DNA of 59,343 bases. Origin: Bacteroidia bacterium. GTDB lineage: Bacteria > Bacteroidota > Bacteroidia > J057 > JADKCL01. The notes under the pieces were generated by a model. It searched no databases. It saw only the letters and a program-made list of their open reading frames with translations, and was not told where the DNA came from. This document shows, one piece after another, positions 9,256 to 19,948 of the stretch (the first letter of the stretch is position 1; the number at the start of each line of letters is the position of its first letter). The position numbers were made by a program, and so were the translations under genes. The stretch lies in NCBI GenBank assembly GCA_041565275.1, contig JBFGVE010000004.1, positions 1 to 59,343 of the forward strand. Reading direction: 5' to 3'.

Positions 9256-10590
9256 CTATTCTTCCAAATCCAAAATACCTCCCGTCAACCGTACCAAAGC
9301 CACCTCCGCAGCTATGACATTGAAGAGCGCCTGACTACGGGCCAGAACAGCTGAGAGGTATGCTAGTTGTACATCCCTGAAATCAAAGGAACTAAGGATG
9401 CCGTTTTGGAACTTCACTTCGGCAATATCCAGATTTTGCCTGGAGGTAGCAACAGATAGGTTTACCACATCAAGTACCTTTCGGCGTGTGTCGTATAGAG
9501 CCACTGCATCTTGCAACTGGTAATCCATACTTTGTTCCAATTGCTCTATGCCTAGCTCCGCCACTTTTTCATTTACCAGTGAATTTCGGATGGCTCGCTT
9601 GATCATGCCCCCGTTGTAGAGGCTGAAGTTGAGGCTGAAGTTGGCATAGTAATCGATTTGACTGCCCTTGGCCGGTTCGAATCCATCCAGATCGAAACGG
9701 CTGAGGGTATAGTTACTTCCCAGATTGACACTGATTGCAGGATACTGGCTGGCGCGGGCCAGGGCTACATCTTTCTGCAGGATCTCCAGGTTGATGAACT
9801 GGTTCCGGAGTGTGAGGTTGCTGGCAAGCATCTTGCTGCGCAAGAGATGGGTATCGTAGGAAAAGAACTCTGTCTTCAGAGGTTCATTGGGAACCACCGG
9901 AGAATCCGGGGGCAGACCGATCAACTGGCAGAGCTGCCTGTTAGCCATCTCCACAGCAAGTTGCTGCTGGAGCAGAGCGGATGAGTCTGCCAGGTAGGCA
10001 CTCTCTACCAGGAGCAACTCAAAAGTCGTTCCCGTACCCAACTTCCGCTTGTTGTTGACGTAAGCGTACCTGTCACGGGAAAGCGCCAGGTTGGCTTCCA
10101 GGCTAGCCAAGCGCTCTTGTTCGATCAAAGAAGCATAGTACTGAAGGATCACTGCTTGCAGGCTGTTTTCCACAACCACGGCAACGTTTCCCTCGGACAA
10201 GCGTTCCAATTCCTCTAACTTTCCCTTGGTGATGCTAACCCGGTGGCCGGAGAAGATATCCCAGGAAACATTGACGGTTCCCGTCCCACCTTGTGTGTTA
10301 TAGGTACCGTTGATAAAAGAGGCCGGATTGTCGACAGTACTTATGCGGTTGTTGCTGTTCAGTTGAAGGGTAATATTGGGATAGCGACCCGCTGTACCCC
10401 AGTTGTTGTTGTTTTGAGAGACTTCGGCCTTGGTTTGCTCCAGTCTGATGTCAAAGTTTCTGGCCAAGGTCAGTTCGATGGCTTCACTCAGACCAATTGT
10501 TTCCTGCGCAAAGATGTGTTCAGGAGAGGTCAGGAGGCCCATTGCCGCCCATAGAACCAGGAAGAGATATTTCCAAAAGGATATTTTCAT
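9256..10590 (-). CDS. TolC-family outer-membrane efflux protein
   Basis: Signal peptide, two OEP repeats; last gene of an MFP-RND-OMP operon. Confidence 0.9.
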   Translation of the reverse strand: MKISFWKYLFLVLWAAMGLLTSPEHIFAQETIGLSEAIELTLARNFDIRLEQTKAEVSQNNNNWGTAGRYPNITLQLNSNNRISTVDNPASFINGTYNTQGGTGTVNVSWDIFSGHRVSITKGKLEELERLSEGNVAVVVENSLQAVILQYYASLIEQERLASLEANLALSRDRYAYVNNKRKLGTGTTFELLLVESAYLADSSALLQQQLAVEMANRQLCQLIGLPPDSPVVPNEPLKTEFFSYDTHLLRSKMLASNLTLRNQFINLEILQKDVALARASQYPAISVNLGSNYTLSRFDLDGFEPAKGSQIDYYANFSLNFSLYNGGMIKRAIRNSLVNEKVAELGIEQLEQSMDYQLQDAVALYDTRRKVLDVVNLSVATSRQNLDIAEVKFQNGILSSFDFRDVQLAYLSAVLARSQALFNVIAAEVALVRLTGGILDLEE

Positions 10591-13500
10591 GACTGTGGGA
10601 ATATGGGATCTTCATGAGCCGGAGGATGGTTGCCCGAATCAGGCAGCAAGTTATTTCCCCGGCTGTGATAAGGGTCGGGGACTCCTCCCCGGATCTGCCC
10701 ACTGTTGAGGAATTCATTGTGAATATCTTGTCGCATCATTTCGCGAACGGAAGGTTCTACCAACTCAGAGGTTATCCTTTCTCCATTCCAAAACCAATAC
10801 AGAAGCCGTCGTATTTCGTTGAGAACTAACAGGATGGCAGGTAGAAAAAGGAGGATAAAGAAAGTGCCGAACAGGACCCCATACACTACCGAGATCGCCA
10901 TGGGGATGAGAAACTGAGCCTGGCGGCTCTGAGCCAGGATCAACGGATACAATCCTGCCACGGTGGTAATACTGGTCAGGATTATAGGTCGGAACCGGGC
11001 TAATCCTGCTTGGTAAACTGCTTGGTATACCTTCATGCCCTCTTTCAGATTCAGGTTGAATTTGGCTACGAATACCACAGCATCGTTGATAACAATACCA
11101 GTAACCGCCAGGAGTCCAAACATCGAAAGAAGGGAAACAGGCTTTCCGTGGATTCCGTGTCCCCAGATGGCGCCCATTAGTCCAAGAAGGATGAGCGGCA
11201 CCATGACAAAAGCTTGGGGAAGGCTTCGGAAGGTTAGGGTCAGTACGAGGAACATCAGGAAAAGGGCAATGGCAAATACGAGCGGTGCATCTGCAAACAA
11301 TTCTTCTTGCCGCTGGGCCTGGCCCAGGTATTCTACCCGTACACTGGGATGGGCATCAAGTACCTTTGGGATCACATCTGACTTGATCTCTTCAAACAAG
11401 GGGGTTACTGCTACATTTTGGTCGGCTAAGTCTGCCTCTACCCTGATTTCTCGGGCACCATCGTAGTGGTTAATGGCATCGATCCCACGTTCAATGGTAT
11501 AATTTGCTACTTCTGTAAAAGGATAGGACTCTCCCTGGGCAGTTTTGATCCTCATTTCTTCTAATTTGCCTAGGTCTCGACGGCCGGATTCTGGGTAACG
11601 AACCCATACACGGACTTCATCATTACCTTTTTGCAGACGTTGGGCTTCAGCTCCGAAGAATCCCTGACGCACTTGGGTTGAGACATCGCCATGGGTAAGT
11701 CCCAGGCTATATGCCCGGGGCTTCAGCCCGATGCGCACCTCCCGCTTGCCGACTTGTTCGTTGTCGATGATGTCTTTGAGTGCCGCGTATGCAGTCAACT
11801 CCTGCTTGAGCATCTCTTTGGCTGACTCCAACATCTCGAGGTCGTTCCCGATCAGACTGATCGAAACTGGCTTCCCAAAGGTGCGAGCACCTCCTATAGC
11901 CAGTTTCTCTGCTTCCGGTATCGGAGGTATACGCTTACGCAGCATCTTTTCGATTCCGTCACTTGGGACTGGTCGTTCCTTTCCTTCGAGCAAAGCGATG
12001 TTGAGGGTCGCACAATGGCTTCCACTTTCACCCAGACCGGAACCGATCTCAATCCTTGTGTTTTTAATGATGGAATCTATTCCGAGGCTATCCGAAAGAT
12101 GGTCATTCAACTCCCAGACTAAGCGCTCCATATTTGCGATATGATCTTTTACTACCATTTCACGGGTGCCAGGCTTCATGACCAGGCTAATGGAGGTTTG
12201 GTCTCCTTCAATAAAAGGGAAAAAGGTACTTTGAATGAATCCTCCATCCATCAATCCCAGGGTGATGAGAAAACAGAAAACGGGGATAAAAAGGGTCGCG
12301 CCGCGGAAACGCAGAACCCAGTCCATGGCAGGGCCATAGATCTTGTACTTCATGAAATTAATGATCCCTTCGAAGAATTTCCTGAACCGTGGGATTTTCT
12401 TTTGGTTGGCTGCATGAGAGAGATGAGAGGGGAGGACCAGGGTACATTCAACGAGAGAAAAGGCAAGGCTGGCTACCATGATGATCGCAATGTCCCGCAA
12501 GAAGTTGGCAATGTCGCCACTCAGGAAAAAGAAGGCTGAAAATACGATGATGGTGGTAGTGACCGAAGTAAATACCGAAGGCAATACTTCGAGAGAGCCG
12601 TCGATTGCAGCACGAAGCGGAGATTTTCCTTTCTCAATATGAGAGAAAATATTTTCCCCCACTACGATCCCGTCATCTACCAGAATGCCGATGGCAAGGA
12701 TCATCCCGAAGAGAGATAGCATGTTGATGGTTACACCTATCAAAGCCGCAACCACGAACATGCCCAGAAAGGAGAAAGGGATACCAAAAGCTACCCAGAA
12801 AGAAAGGCGGAAGCTGAGGAAGAATCCCAGAGCGAACAATACAAGAATAAGACCGATAGCACCATTGTTAACCAAAAGCTCCAGCCGTTGGCGAAGACCG
12901 ATACTGGCATCAGAGACAAATTCCATCTGGATGATGTCGTTTTCATCGTTGAAAACCGAGGCGTACTCTCGTACATAGTCTGTTATCAGGAGCAGATCTT
13001 CGGAGATGAGCTTGTTGACATTGATCGTAACAGCTGGTTTTCCATTGAAGAAGGTCTGGTTGGGGGATTCTGCAAACCGTTCAGTGATACTGGTGGCGAT
13101 TTCCCGGAGGGTGATCCTACTGCCTTCTTTGTTCGAGATCAACGTGATATTACCAATTTCATCCGGTGTATACCCCTTTGCATCTGCCCGGATCAGGATC
13201 TCTTCCTCCCGTGAACGAATTGAGCCGCCAGTGATATTGGTGTTATTTAAACGAACGGCTCTGGAAATCTGGTCTATAGTGAGTCCGTAGCGTAACAATT
13301 GTTCTTCGGGAACCTCAATCGAAATCTCCCGGTCGGGAAAACCGGAGAGGCTCACTTGGGAAATCAGACCGGAGGCAAGGAATTCATCTTCCACCATCTC
13401 TGCTTTTTCTTTGAGCGTATTGAGATCGGTTTTACCAGTTAGGACTACAGTTGCAGCACGTCCCAAGGAGGGCTGCTTGAATACTACAGGTTTTTCTGCA

Positions 13501-13868
13501 TCTACGGGAAAAGAATTGATCCGGTCCACCCCATTTTTAACATCTGCAAGAAAGCGGTCTCCATTATAGCCTTCTATCCATTTGACACTGATACTGGCAA
13601 CATTTTCTTTGGAAACGGACTTGATCTCCTCGATACCTTCGATTCCCCGCATGGCTTCTTCTACCTTTAGGGTCACACCTTCTTCCATTTCTTCCGGTGA
13701 GGCCCCGGGATAGACGACCTGCACCGAAACGATGCGGTCTGAGTCCTCCGGGAAATAAGATTTTTTCAGACTGAAAAGGGCTACTCCACCTGCTACTACA
13801 AATACTGCGATGATCGCATTTGACCATATCGGGTAGCGAACAAAATATTCTATCAGTCTTGCGATCAT
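10587..13868 (-). CDS. RND efflux permease (AcrB/AcrD/AcrF family)
   Basis: YPGASPEEME, GILVDDGIVVGENI, GIVINDA and RFRPIILTSITT motifs; 1093 aa. Confidence 0.95.
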   Translation of the reverse strand: MIARLIEYFVRYPIWSNAIIAVFVVAGGVALFSLKKSYFPEDSDRIVSVQVVYPGASPEEMEEGVTLKVEEAMRGIEGIEEIKSVSKENVASISVKWIEGYNGDRFLADVKNGVDRINSFPVDAEKPVVFKQPSLGRAATVVLTGKTDLNTLKEKAEMVEDEFLASGLISQVSLSGFPDREISIEVPEEQLLRYGLTIDQISRAVRLNNTNITGGSIRSREEEILIRADAKGYTPDEIGNITLISNKEGSRITLREIATSITERFAESPNQTFFNGKPAVTINVNKLISEDLLLITDYVREYASVFNDENDIIQMEFVSDASIGLRQRLELLVNNGAIGLILVLFALGFFLSFRLSFWVAFGIPFSFLGMFVVAALIGVTINMLSLFGMILAIGILVDDGIVVGENIFSHIEKGKSPLRAAIDGSLEVLPSVFTSVTTTIIVFSAFFFLSGDIANFLRDIAIIMVASLAFSLVECTLVLPSHLSHAANQKKIPRFRKFFEGIINFMKYKIYGPAMDWVLRFRGATLFIPVFCFLITLGLMDGGFIQSTFFPFIEGDQTSISLVMKPGTREMVVKDHIANMERLVWELNDHLSDSLGIDSIIKNTRIEIGSGLGESGSHCATLNIALLEGKERPVPSDGIEKMLRKRIPPIPEAEKLAIGGARTFGKPVSISLIGNDLEMLESAKEMLKQELTAYAALKDIIDNEQVGKREVRIGLKPRAYSLGLTHGDVSTQVRQGFFGAEAQRLQKGNDEVRVWVRYPESGRRDLGKLEEMRIKTAQGESYPFTEVANYTIERGIDAINHYDGAREIRVEADLADQNVAVTPLFEEIKSDVIPKVLDAHPSVRVEYLGQAQRQEELFADAPLVFAIALFLMFLVLTLTFRSLPQAFVMVPLILLGLMGAIWGHGIHGKPVSLLSMFGLLAVTGIVINDAVVFVAKFNLNLKEGMKVYQAVYQAGLARFRPIILTSITTVAGLYPLILAQSRQAQFLIPMAISVVYGVLFGTFFILLFLPAILLVLNEIRRLLYWFWNGERITSELVEPSVREMMRQDIHNEFLNSGQIRGGVPDPYHSRGNNLLPDSGNHPPAHEDPIFPQS

Positions 13869-14989
13869 TGTATGACCATTACAGGGAGGTTCTCGATGGC
13901 ATTGAGTGGAATTTCGCTGACCAGCTTTTGACCTTCGGAAAGTCCGGAAATGATGGCTGTTTTGGGATTTACCTTGTGAACTATAACTTCACTTTGTTTC
14001 AATTTACCATCTGTGACGATGTACACTTTGTTCTTGTCAAACATGGCACTCCTTGGGATAGTCATGGCTTTTTGAACAATATTTCCAGGTAGGACTGCCC
14101 GGAGGTATTGGCCGTTGTAAATGGGTGACTCGGGGTCAACATGAACGGTAACGTAAACGTCGACTGATTGGGTGCTCGGGTTAACTTTCTCACCAATGCG
14201 GGCAATCTTTCCTTTCCATTGCATTTTCTCATCTTCTGATTCTACATCCACTTCTTTGCCGCGGGTTAGCCATTGCAGGTCTTGGGACCGGACAGGTAAT
14301 ACCAGTTCAAGTTGAGAAGTTCTGGTCAGGGTGGCAATCCTCGATCCAGGGTTGGCGACTGCCCCGGGCTCCAAAAGGACGTCGCTGATGGAGCCACTGA
14401 AAGGAGCGTAAAACCTGTATTTATTGAGCCTTGCTTCTTGAGCGAGGATGGAATAATAAGAGCTAAAGATACCCCTGGTGGAAAGGAAGGTTTTCTCTTT
14501 TATGTTATTGACTTCAGGAATTCCAGGAAGAGGTTCGTCGACCTTAATGTTCTCAAAGTATTTTTGCCATACATCGAAGCTTTCTGGAAAATCGACCTGG
14601 AGGTCAGCGAGAATATCCGCGACGGATTTCATGAATAGGCTTTTTTGGCTTTTCAGGCTAAGTCGGATTTCCTGGTCATCAATTTTAAAGAGTAGTTGCC
14701 CCTTGGATATGCGTTGCCCGGGTCTGAGGTAAACTTTTCCTTGCTGGATCTTACCTGCTACTTCAGAGATTAAAGCAACGGACTGGTAAGCCGCGACACG
14801 ACCAAAATAGCTCAGTTGAGTCTCCTGATCTTTATATTTTACAGGGAGTACAGGAACTTTTGTAAAGGATTCTCCGGGGGTTTTCTTGGGTTGGGACTTC
14901 TTTTGGGAAGCGAGGAAGCTCTTTCCGAATAACCCTGCAAACAGGATCAGGAGGCCAACTCCGACGATTATAAATTGTCTGGGTTTCAT
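13865..14989 (-). CDS. RND periplasmic adaptor (membrane fusion protein)
   Basis: N-terminal TM, lipoyl-like SEVAGKI and APFSG halves, IPRSA; coupled to the RND gene. Confidence 0.9.
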   Translation of the reverse strand: MKPRQFIIVGVGLLILFAGLFGKSFLASQKKSQPKKTPGESFTKVPVLPVKYKDQETQLSYFGRVAAYQSVALISEVAGKIQQGKVYLRPGQRISKGQLLFKIDDQEIRLSLKSQKSLFMKSVADILADLQVDFPESFDVWQKYFENIKVDEPLPGIPEVNNIKEKTFLSTRGIFSSYYSILAQEARLNKYRFYAPFSGSISDVLLEPGAVANPGSRIATLTRTSQLELVLPVRSQDLQWLTRGKEVDVESEDEKMQWKGKIARIGEKVNPSTQSVDVYVTVHVDPESPIYNGQYLRAVLPGNIVQKAMTIPRSAMFDKNKVYIVTDGKLKQSEVIVHKVNPKTAIISGLSEGQKLVSEIPLNAIENLPVMVIQ

Positions 14990-15055
14990 TTTTGGATCGC
15001 TTTTGGGTCTCTGGCGATGATCCGGAGCAATTCTATAGACCTAAAGACTAAGAAC

Positions 15056-15574
15056 TCAATTCAGTAGCCTTTGTTTTTCTTTTATGCGTTCGATGGAACT
15101 TTCGTAGGATTTGATATTGGTAGCGACAAAGGAAAACTTAATCGCTTTTTGATAGTATTCGATCGCACTGTTGTAATTGCCTCTCACCTCGTGCATGATC
15201 GCATATTCATTGTAAATCTTGGCCTTGTTCATTCCAGGGACCTCAAGTGCCTTTTCAAGCAAGGCGACTAGGTCTTCGTAGCGTTCAAGGGTGGAGAGTA
15301 ATACACAATAATTCAAGTAAACAGCGGGATATTGGGGGCTTAATTCCATACACTTTTGGTAAAGAGGCTCGGCTTTTTCCGGGTTGCGGTATTTAGTCTC
15401 ATAGATAAAACCAAGGTGATTGTAGGCTTTACCGTAATCCGGAAATTTGGTGATACATTCCTTTAACAATGCGTAAGCTTTATTAACTTCATTGGCATTG
15501 ATGAGCTGATCTGCCTCAAAGAAGTAGGCGTCGGGGGTATCGAACATGAAGTCAGGACCTGAAGTATCGGTCAT
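15056..15574 (-). CDS. TPR protein
   Basis: PDYGKAYNHLGFIY and further TPR motifs. A TATATTTG box lies on the minus strand at 15594-15601. Confidence 0.85.
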   Translation of the reverse strand: MTDTSGPDFMFDTPDAYFFEADQLINANEVNKAYALLKECITKFPDYGKAYNHLGFIYETKYRNPEKAEPLYQKCMELSPQYPAVYLNYCVLLSTLERYEDLVALLEKALEVPGMNKAKIYNEYAIMHEVRGNYNSAIEYYQKAIKFSFVATNIKSYESSIERIKEKQRLLN

Positions 15575-15694
15575 GGGTGGAAGGATTTTTCGGCAAATAT
15601 AGTGGAAGAATTACAGTGGAGGAAAAAATGAATCCTGCCCCTGGTAGTTCATTGCGAAATGTTTGTAAAAAGTAAAGTGCAAAGCTTGCTGAAT

Positions 15695-16369
15695 TCAGGA
15701 AGGTTCAACTACTTCCATAATAGCTTTGTTCAAATAGGTATTCAAAGGAACCATTGCCTGATAGACATCCAATGCCATGGTGATAAAGTCCTCACTCGTC
15801 GTCTCGTCATCGGATAAATTCCGGGTCATCAGGAAACTTTTGTGACGGATAAGATCAATAGCTGGATGGTCCTTGCTGTAGCCCTTTGGCGATGTTTTTA
15901 CCTTGTCACCTTCCATTTCTCCAAACTGACGGACGAATTCTTCACTGTTAATGATTTGCCGCAAAGATTGGGCATCATAGTCAATCCCTTCGCGGATAGC
16001 CTTCAGTATACCGGAATCAGGACGGTAGATGCCACCAGCAAGAAAGGAGCCACCTGGTTGAATATGCAAGTAAAATCCGGCAAAAGGAGATTTTCGTCCT
16101 CCCCTGGCCATCCAAGCCCCCATATTGGTTTTGTAAGGAGCTTTGTTGGCGGAGAATCTGGCATCCCTGAAAATGCGAAATATACTCTTCTTAGCTTCTA
16201 AATTCCTAAAATCAGGTTCATAAGGAACCAAGCCAGCGATCAATTCACCTGCCACTGACTCAAGGTTCTTCTTGGCAGCTTCGTAAGTTTTTTTGTTCTT
16301 TAAGAACCATTCACGGTTGTTGTTGTCAGCAAGGTCAAGTAAAAATTGAAGGGTAGAAGGTTGAATCAT
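15695..16369 (-). CDS. DUF2461 (TIGR02453) family protein
   Basis: NNNREWF, IFRIFRDARFSANKAPYK and PKGYSKDHP motifs. Confidence 0.92.
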   Translation of the reverse strand: MIQPSTLQFLLDLADNNNREWFLKNKKTYEAAKKNLESVAGELIAGLVPYEPDFRNLEAKKSIFRIFRDARFSANKAPYKTNMGAWMARGGRKSPFAGFYLHIQPGGSFLAGGIYRPDSGILKAIREGIDYDAQSLRQIINSEEFVRQFGEMEGDKVKTSPKGYSKDHPAIDLIRHKSFLMTRNLSDDETTSEDFITMALDVYQAMVPLNTYLNKAIMEVVEPS

Positions 16370-16389
16370 CGGAGTTTAATATTTAGAAA

Positions 16390-17412
16390 TTATTTGTCAA
16401 ACCAAGACTGGACCAATTTTTCGGTGGGTTTGTTTTGAATGGTGTAGTCACTGTTGCCATTCCCCCCGGCACGGTTATCATTGATGTACCAGTTCCAGAA
16501 GAAAACCCCTGCAAACCATTCTTGATCCCAGAACTGTTCAAAGAACGCCTGGTATGCATTCATCTGGGCTTGAAGATTGATCTTTTGATTGTATGGAGTT
16601 GTTTCCAGTTCCCACTGTTTCCAGCTACAGTTGTCAATGCTTCGGTACCCAAACTCTGTAAAAAGGACAGGCTTACCAAAGATTTTATTCAGTAGTTGGA
16701 TCTTTTTAAAGGGTACAGACCAACCAGCACGTAAGGATTTTATGTCAGGCGTCTTGGCTTCTACGAGAGGAAAATAAGCATCCAGACCAATGTAATCAAG
16801 AGCATCCCAAAAGCGGATGCCTTCGTATTCATCCCAGTTGGCGGCATAGGTGATGGGTCCAGAATATACCTTACGCACTTCTTTGATCAGCTCCCGCCAG
16901 AACTTTTCCCTGCTGTTTGAAGCGACTTTGAATTCAGTTCCTATACAGAACATTTCTACATTCTCAGCTTGCGCGATACAAGCTGACTCGAGAATATATT
17001 GAGAATAAGCGCTCTCCCAGGTAGCCCATTTGGTTTCCGTTTTCAGGTCATATCCACCTACCCAGCCCCCTACAATCCACACCATTGGTTTCAACATTAC
17101 TTTGAGATTGGCGTCGTGAGCATGGCGAATCAATTCGGTCATTCCCTCAAACCTTTCCCCCCACCATTGTTTATCCAGATTATAAATTAGGCCAGGGCTA
17201 CCTTCATGACTGAACCCATAAGGTAAGATGGATACCCAATCGGCACTGATATGGGATACGTGATCTGTCCATCCGTCGTCCACCCGATTAGGAGGAGAGA
17301 CCAAACTAACGCCTCCAATTCTCTTTTTGACAGGTCCGGAAGGAGGGGGGCTGGAAAATCCGGCTAGCAAAAGAACACTTAGAGCGAGTGTGATTCTGAG
17401 TAAATGCTTCAT
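16390..17412 (-). CDS. Glycoside hydrolase family 113-like TIM-barrel protein
   Basis: KVMLKP, CIGTE, ITYAANWD, DYIGLDAYFPL and FTEFGY motifs, plus a signal peptide. Confidence 0.88.
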   Translation of the reverse strand: MKHLLRITLALSVLLLAGFSSPPPSGPVKKRIGGVSLVSPPNRVDDGWTDHVSHISADWVSILPYGFSHEGSPGLIYNLDKQWWGERFEGMTELIRHAHDANLKVMLKPMVWIVGGWVGGYDLKTETKWATWESAYSQYILESACIAQAENVEMFCIGTEFKVASNSREKFWRELIKEVRKVYSGPITYAANWDEYEGIRFWDALDYIGLDAYFPLVEAKTPDIKSLRAGWSVPFKKIQLLNKIFGKPVLFTEFGYRSIDNCSWKQWELETTPYNQKINLQAQMNAYQAFFEQFWDQEWFAGVFFWNWYINDNRAGGNGNSDYTIQNKPTEKLVQSWFDK

Positions 17413-17559
17413 TTCATTTAGTTTATTGTGCCACAGGTTGTGACAGTAGCGGTGACTAAATTATCCAATTGCCTTGCGGTGGCGAACATCTCCTCTGGCC
17501 AATCCCGACCCTATCAAGGCCTGGTCAGGACCTAATCCCTAAGTTGAGAAATGTATACA

Positions 17560-17603
17560 GAAAACAAAAAAAGAGCACCAGAAAGGTGCTCTTTTTTTGT
17601 TTC
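17560..17603. terminator. Rho-independent terminator (bidirectional form) after the beta-barrel gene
   Basis: AACAAAAAAAGAGCACC-AGAAA-GGTGCTCTTTTTTTGTT is a perfect hairpin with A and T tails. Confidence 0.9.
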
Positions 17604-17615
17604 ATTTCGAATTTC

Positions 17616-18545
17616 TTAGAAATGGAGAGTAACTCTTAAAGATCCGGCAGGACCGAACAGTGAATTCATCGCATCAGTATCGATAGCGAATCCTGAGCCA
17701 TTCTTAGCTTCAGTAGTGAAGGTGCCTTGTACTTCGTTACCACCGCTGTCAAATCCTTCAGTTTCTACTGTAGACGAAGAAGTTCCATTAGCCATGAACA
17801 TAAGGCCCCATCCAAACTCACCACCTACAGCAAGTCTTGGAAGAACGAAATATTCAGCTCCGATAAATCCGCGAAGACCTACACCGAATGCGGTTCCACT
17901 TTTGGATTCAGTAAGACGTCCGGAGTTACCGAATGGGTCTACTCCGACGTTATCAGCAGAACCATCTCCATCTACGTCCATATCATCTGCTGGATCAGCT
18001 GAGACATTGAAAGTAGCGTTTGAGTTGTAAGCGTTACCGTAAGTAAACTTGTTTCCAGAGGAAGAAAATGCAATTCCCAACTCACCCCCGTAGAATCCCT
18101 GCAGGCGTCCAAATCCACGACGCATTTCGAGACCTCCAGCGAGGCCGATATTAGTCATTCCAGACTTCCAGGTGTTTTCGACCATTGCTGGCTCACTAGA
18201 GGGATATTGGATGTCCGCTGGATTTGTTCCGCGGTTGAAAACCATTTCGGAACCGCTATTTGAAGCGAAGCCTATGCGTAAGGAGGCACGGTATGCCATG
18301 TCATCTGCTACGAAGTACTTCCCTGTAATAGTTTGATTAGTAGTAAGGTAATTCCAGGTCGGAACAGCGTTACCGTCGCTTCCTCCAATAAAATTACCAA
18401 AGTAGCTTAGGAACGGAGTAGCATCAATTCCAATGGCCCAATCGCCAGCCTGTGGGAGGTAAGTCTCACCCATTTTGTTTTCCAAATCCTGTGCAAAGAC
18501 AGAAGTAGTGCTTAAAAGCAATACTGCCAAAATAAACTTTTTCAT
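17616..18545 (-). CDS. Outer-membrane beta-barrel protein
   Basis: Signal peptide, amphipathic strands, GFIGAEYFV...GGEFGWG and terminal F; followed by a strong terminator. Confidence 0.8.
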   Translation of the reverse strand: MKKFILAVLLLSTTSVFAQDLENKMGETYLPQAGDWAIGIDATPFLSYFGNFIGGSDGNAVPTWNYLTTNQTITGKYFVADDMAYRASLRIGFASNSGSEMVFNRGTNPADIQYPSSEPAMVENTWKSGMTNIGLAGGLEMRRGFGRLQGFYGGELGIAFSSSGNKFTYGNAYNSNATFNVSADPADDMDVDGDGSADNVGVDPFGNSGRLTESKSGTAFGVGLRGFIGAEYFVLPRLAVGGEFGWGLMFMANGTSSSTVETEGFDSGGNEVQGTFTTEAKNGSGFAIDTDAMNSLFGPAGSLRVTLHF

Positions 18546-18715
18546 ATAAAATAATTAATTTCTGGTTTGGTCAAAACTACGTAAGAATTCTGGAATGATT
18601 GCAAAAAAGTGTAAAATAACTCTCTGGATTTTTACACCAAAGGCTCGCTTTGCTTGGTTGTAGTAACATAAATGACCATTAAATTGGAGCAAACGATAGA
18701 TCACCATTCCAGGAG

Positions 18716-19411
18716 CTAGCCCTCTCCTTCAAGCCGGTTCAGAGACAGGAGCAGGTCCACCTCTTGATCCACATCCGCTAGGGTAGGCAACAGAAAGTAT
18801 GTCTTGCCCAGGTTCTCGAAATCTGCCAGGGTGGCTGGTAGTACGTCTTTTGTGCTCCAGGTCTTATTCTCAAAGATTCTCTTCTGCATGGAACGCATGC
18901 CCAATAAATAGTAGCCTCCATCTTCAGCAGGACCGATCACGAAGTCATGTTCCCTTAGTGCTTCAAGTGCATCTTTCAAATGACAAACTCGCAGGTCTAG
19001 GCAGTCACTGCCTATGATGATCACCCTTTGATGGCCCTGGGAAAATACTTCTGCAAAGGCATTGTACATTTTGTCGCCCAGATCTACTCCCGACTGAACC
19101 CTCTTTTCATATGCTTGGGCCGACCATTCATCCCCTCCATCCACAAAAACTGAATAGTAGAGATAGCGGATAGCATCCAATTGGAGTGTAGTTTCCCGGG
19201 TATGGTTCAGCAAATAGAGGTACCATTTCAGGGCTGCTTCATCCCCAATGGTAGCGGCCAATCTGGTTTTTACGGTTCCCAACTTGGGGTTTTTAACCAT
19301 TACGATAATGGCTGGAGGTTGCTCGATCAGTTCCAGATCCTCCCCGAAACCTATAGCGTCAGCTTGTTCATTTGCATAATCCCCGGTCCAGCTATCTCCA
19401 AATCCACACAT
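18716..19411 (-). CDS. DUF2064 / TIGR04282-family glycosyltransferase-like protein
   Basis: KNPKLGTVKTRLA, DLGDKM, IIGSDC, IGPAEDGGYYLLG and DVD motifs. The start is uncertain and may lie about 25-30 codons downstream. Confidence 0.88.
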   Translation of the reverse strand: MCGFGDSWTGDYANEQADAIGFGEDLELIEQPPAIIVMVKNPKLGTVKTRLAATIGDEAALKWYLYLLNHTRETTLQLDAIRYLYYSVFVDGGDEWSAQAYEKRVQSGVDLGDKMYNAFAEVFSQGHQRVIIIGSDCLDLRVCHLKDALEALREHDFVIGPAEDGGYYLLGMRSMQKRIFENKTWSTKDVLPATLADFENLGKTYFLLPTLADVDQEVDLLLSLNRLEGEG

Positions 19412-19432
19412 GATTTAAGTGATTGATTGACC

Positions 19433-19948
19433 CTATTTGACCACCTTCTCACCCCGATCCAGCCACCTGCCCCAATCAGCATTGTAAGTATGGACCTGCT
19501 CGGTAGGCCTCTCTTCTCTATCGACAACTTCATTACCAACGTTCTTCCATTCAAAGATCCCTCCATACAAATTGGAGATGTTTTTAAAGCCCATATTTTG
19601 TAGTTTTTCTCCGATGCGTTCAGAGCGGTAACCTACAGAGCAATAGACAATGATAGGTTGCTCTCTATCCATTTCTTTCCAGTCTTTTTTATCGAAAGAA
19701 TTGAAGTCAACAAATGTGGCATTTGGGATATGACTGACTTCATATTCACGTTTTGTTCGTGTATCAAGAAGTAAGACTTCTTTGTCTCCTGCAAGGATTT
19801 CCTCAGCAGTTTTTGGATCTACAAGGGGAACGGAATGTTTATAAATCCGTTCAAGCTTTTGAGTGTACCTCGGGTTTTGGGCTCGCTGTGCGAAGATAGT
19901 AGAGCTGTAAGAAAACACAGTTAGTGCTATGAGGATTGTAAATTTCAT
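19433..19948 (-). CDS. Secreted rhodanese-like domain protein
   Basis: LLDTR...EYEVSHI, VYCSVGYRSE and NLYGGIFEW motifs, plus a signal peptide. Confidence 0.9.
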   Translation of the reverse strand: MKFTILIALTVFSYSSTIFAQRAQNPRYTQKLERIYKHSVPLVDPKTAEEILAGDKEVLLLDTRTKREYEVSHIPNATFVDFNSFDKKDWKEMDREQPIIVYCSVGYRSERIGEKLQNMGFKNISNLYGGIFEWKNVGNEVVDREERPTEQVHTYNADWGRWLDRGEKVVK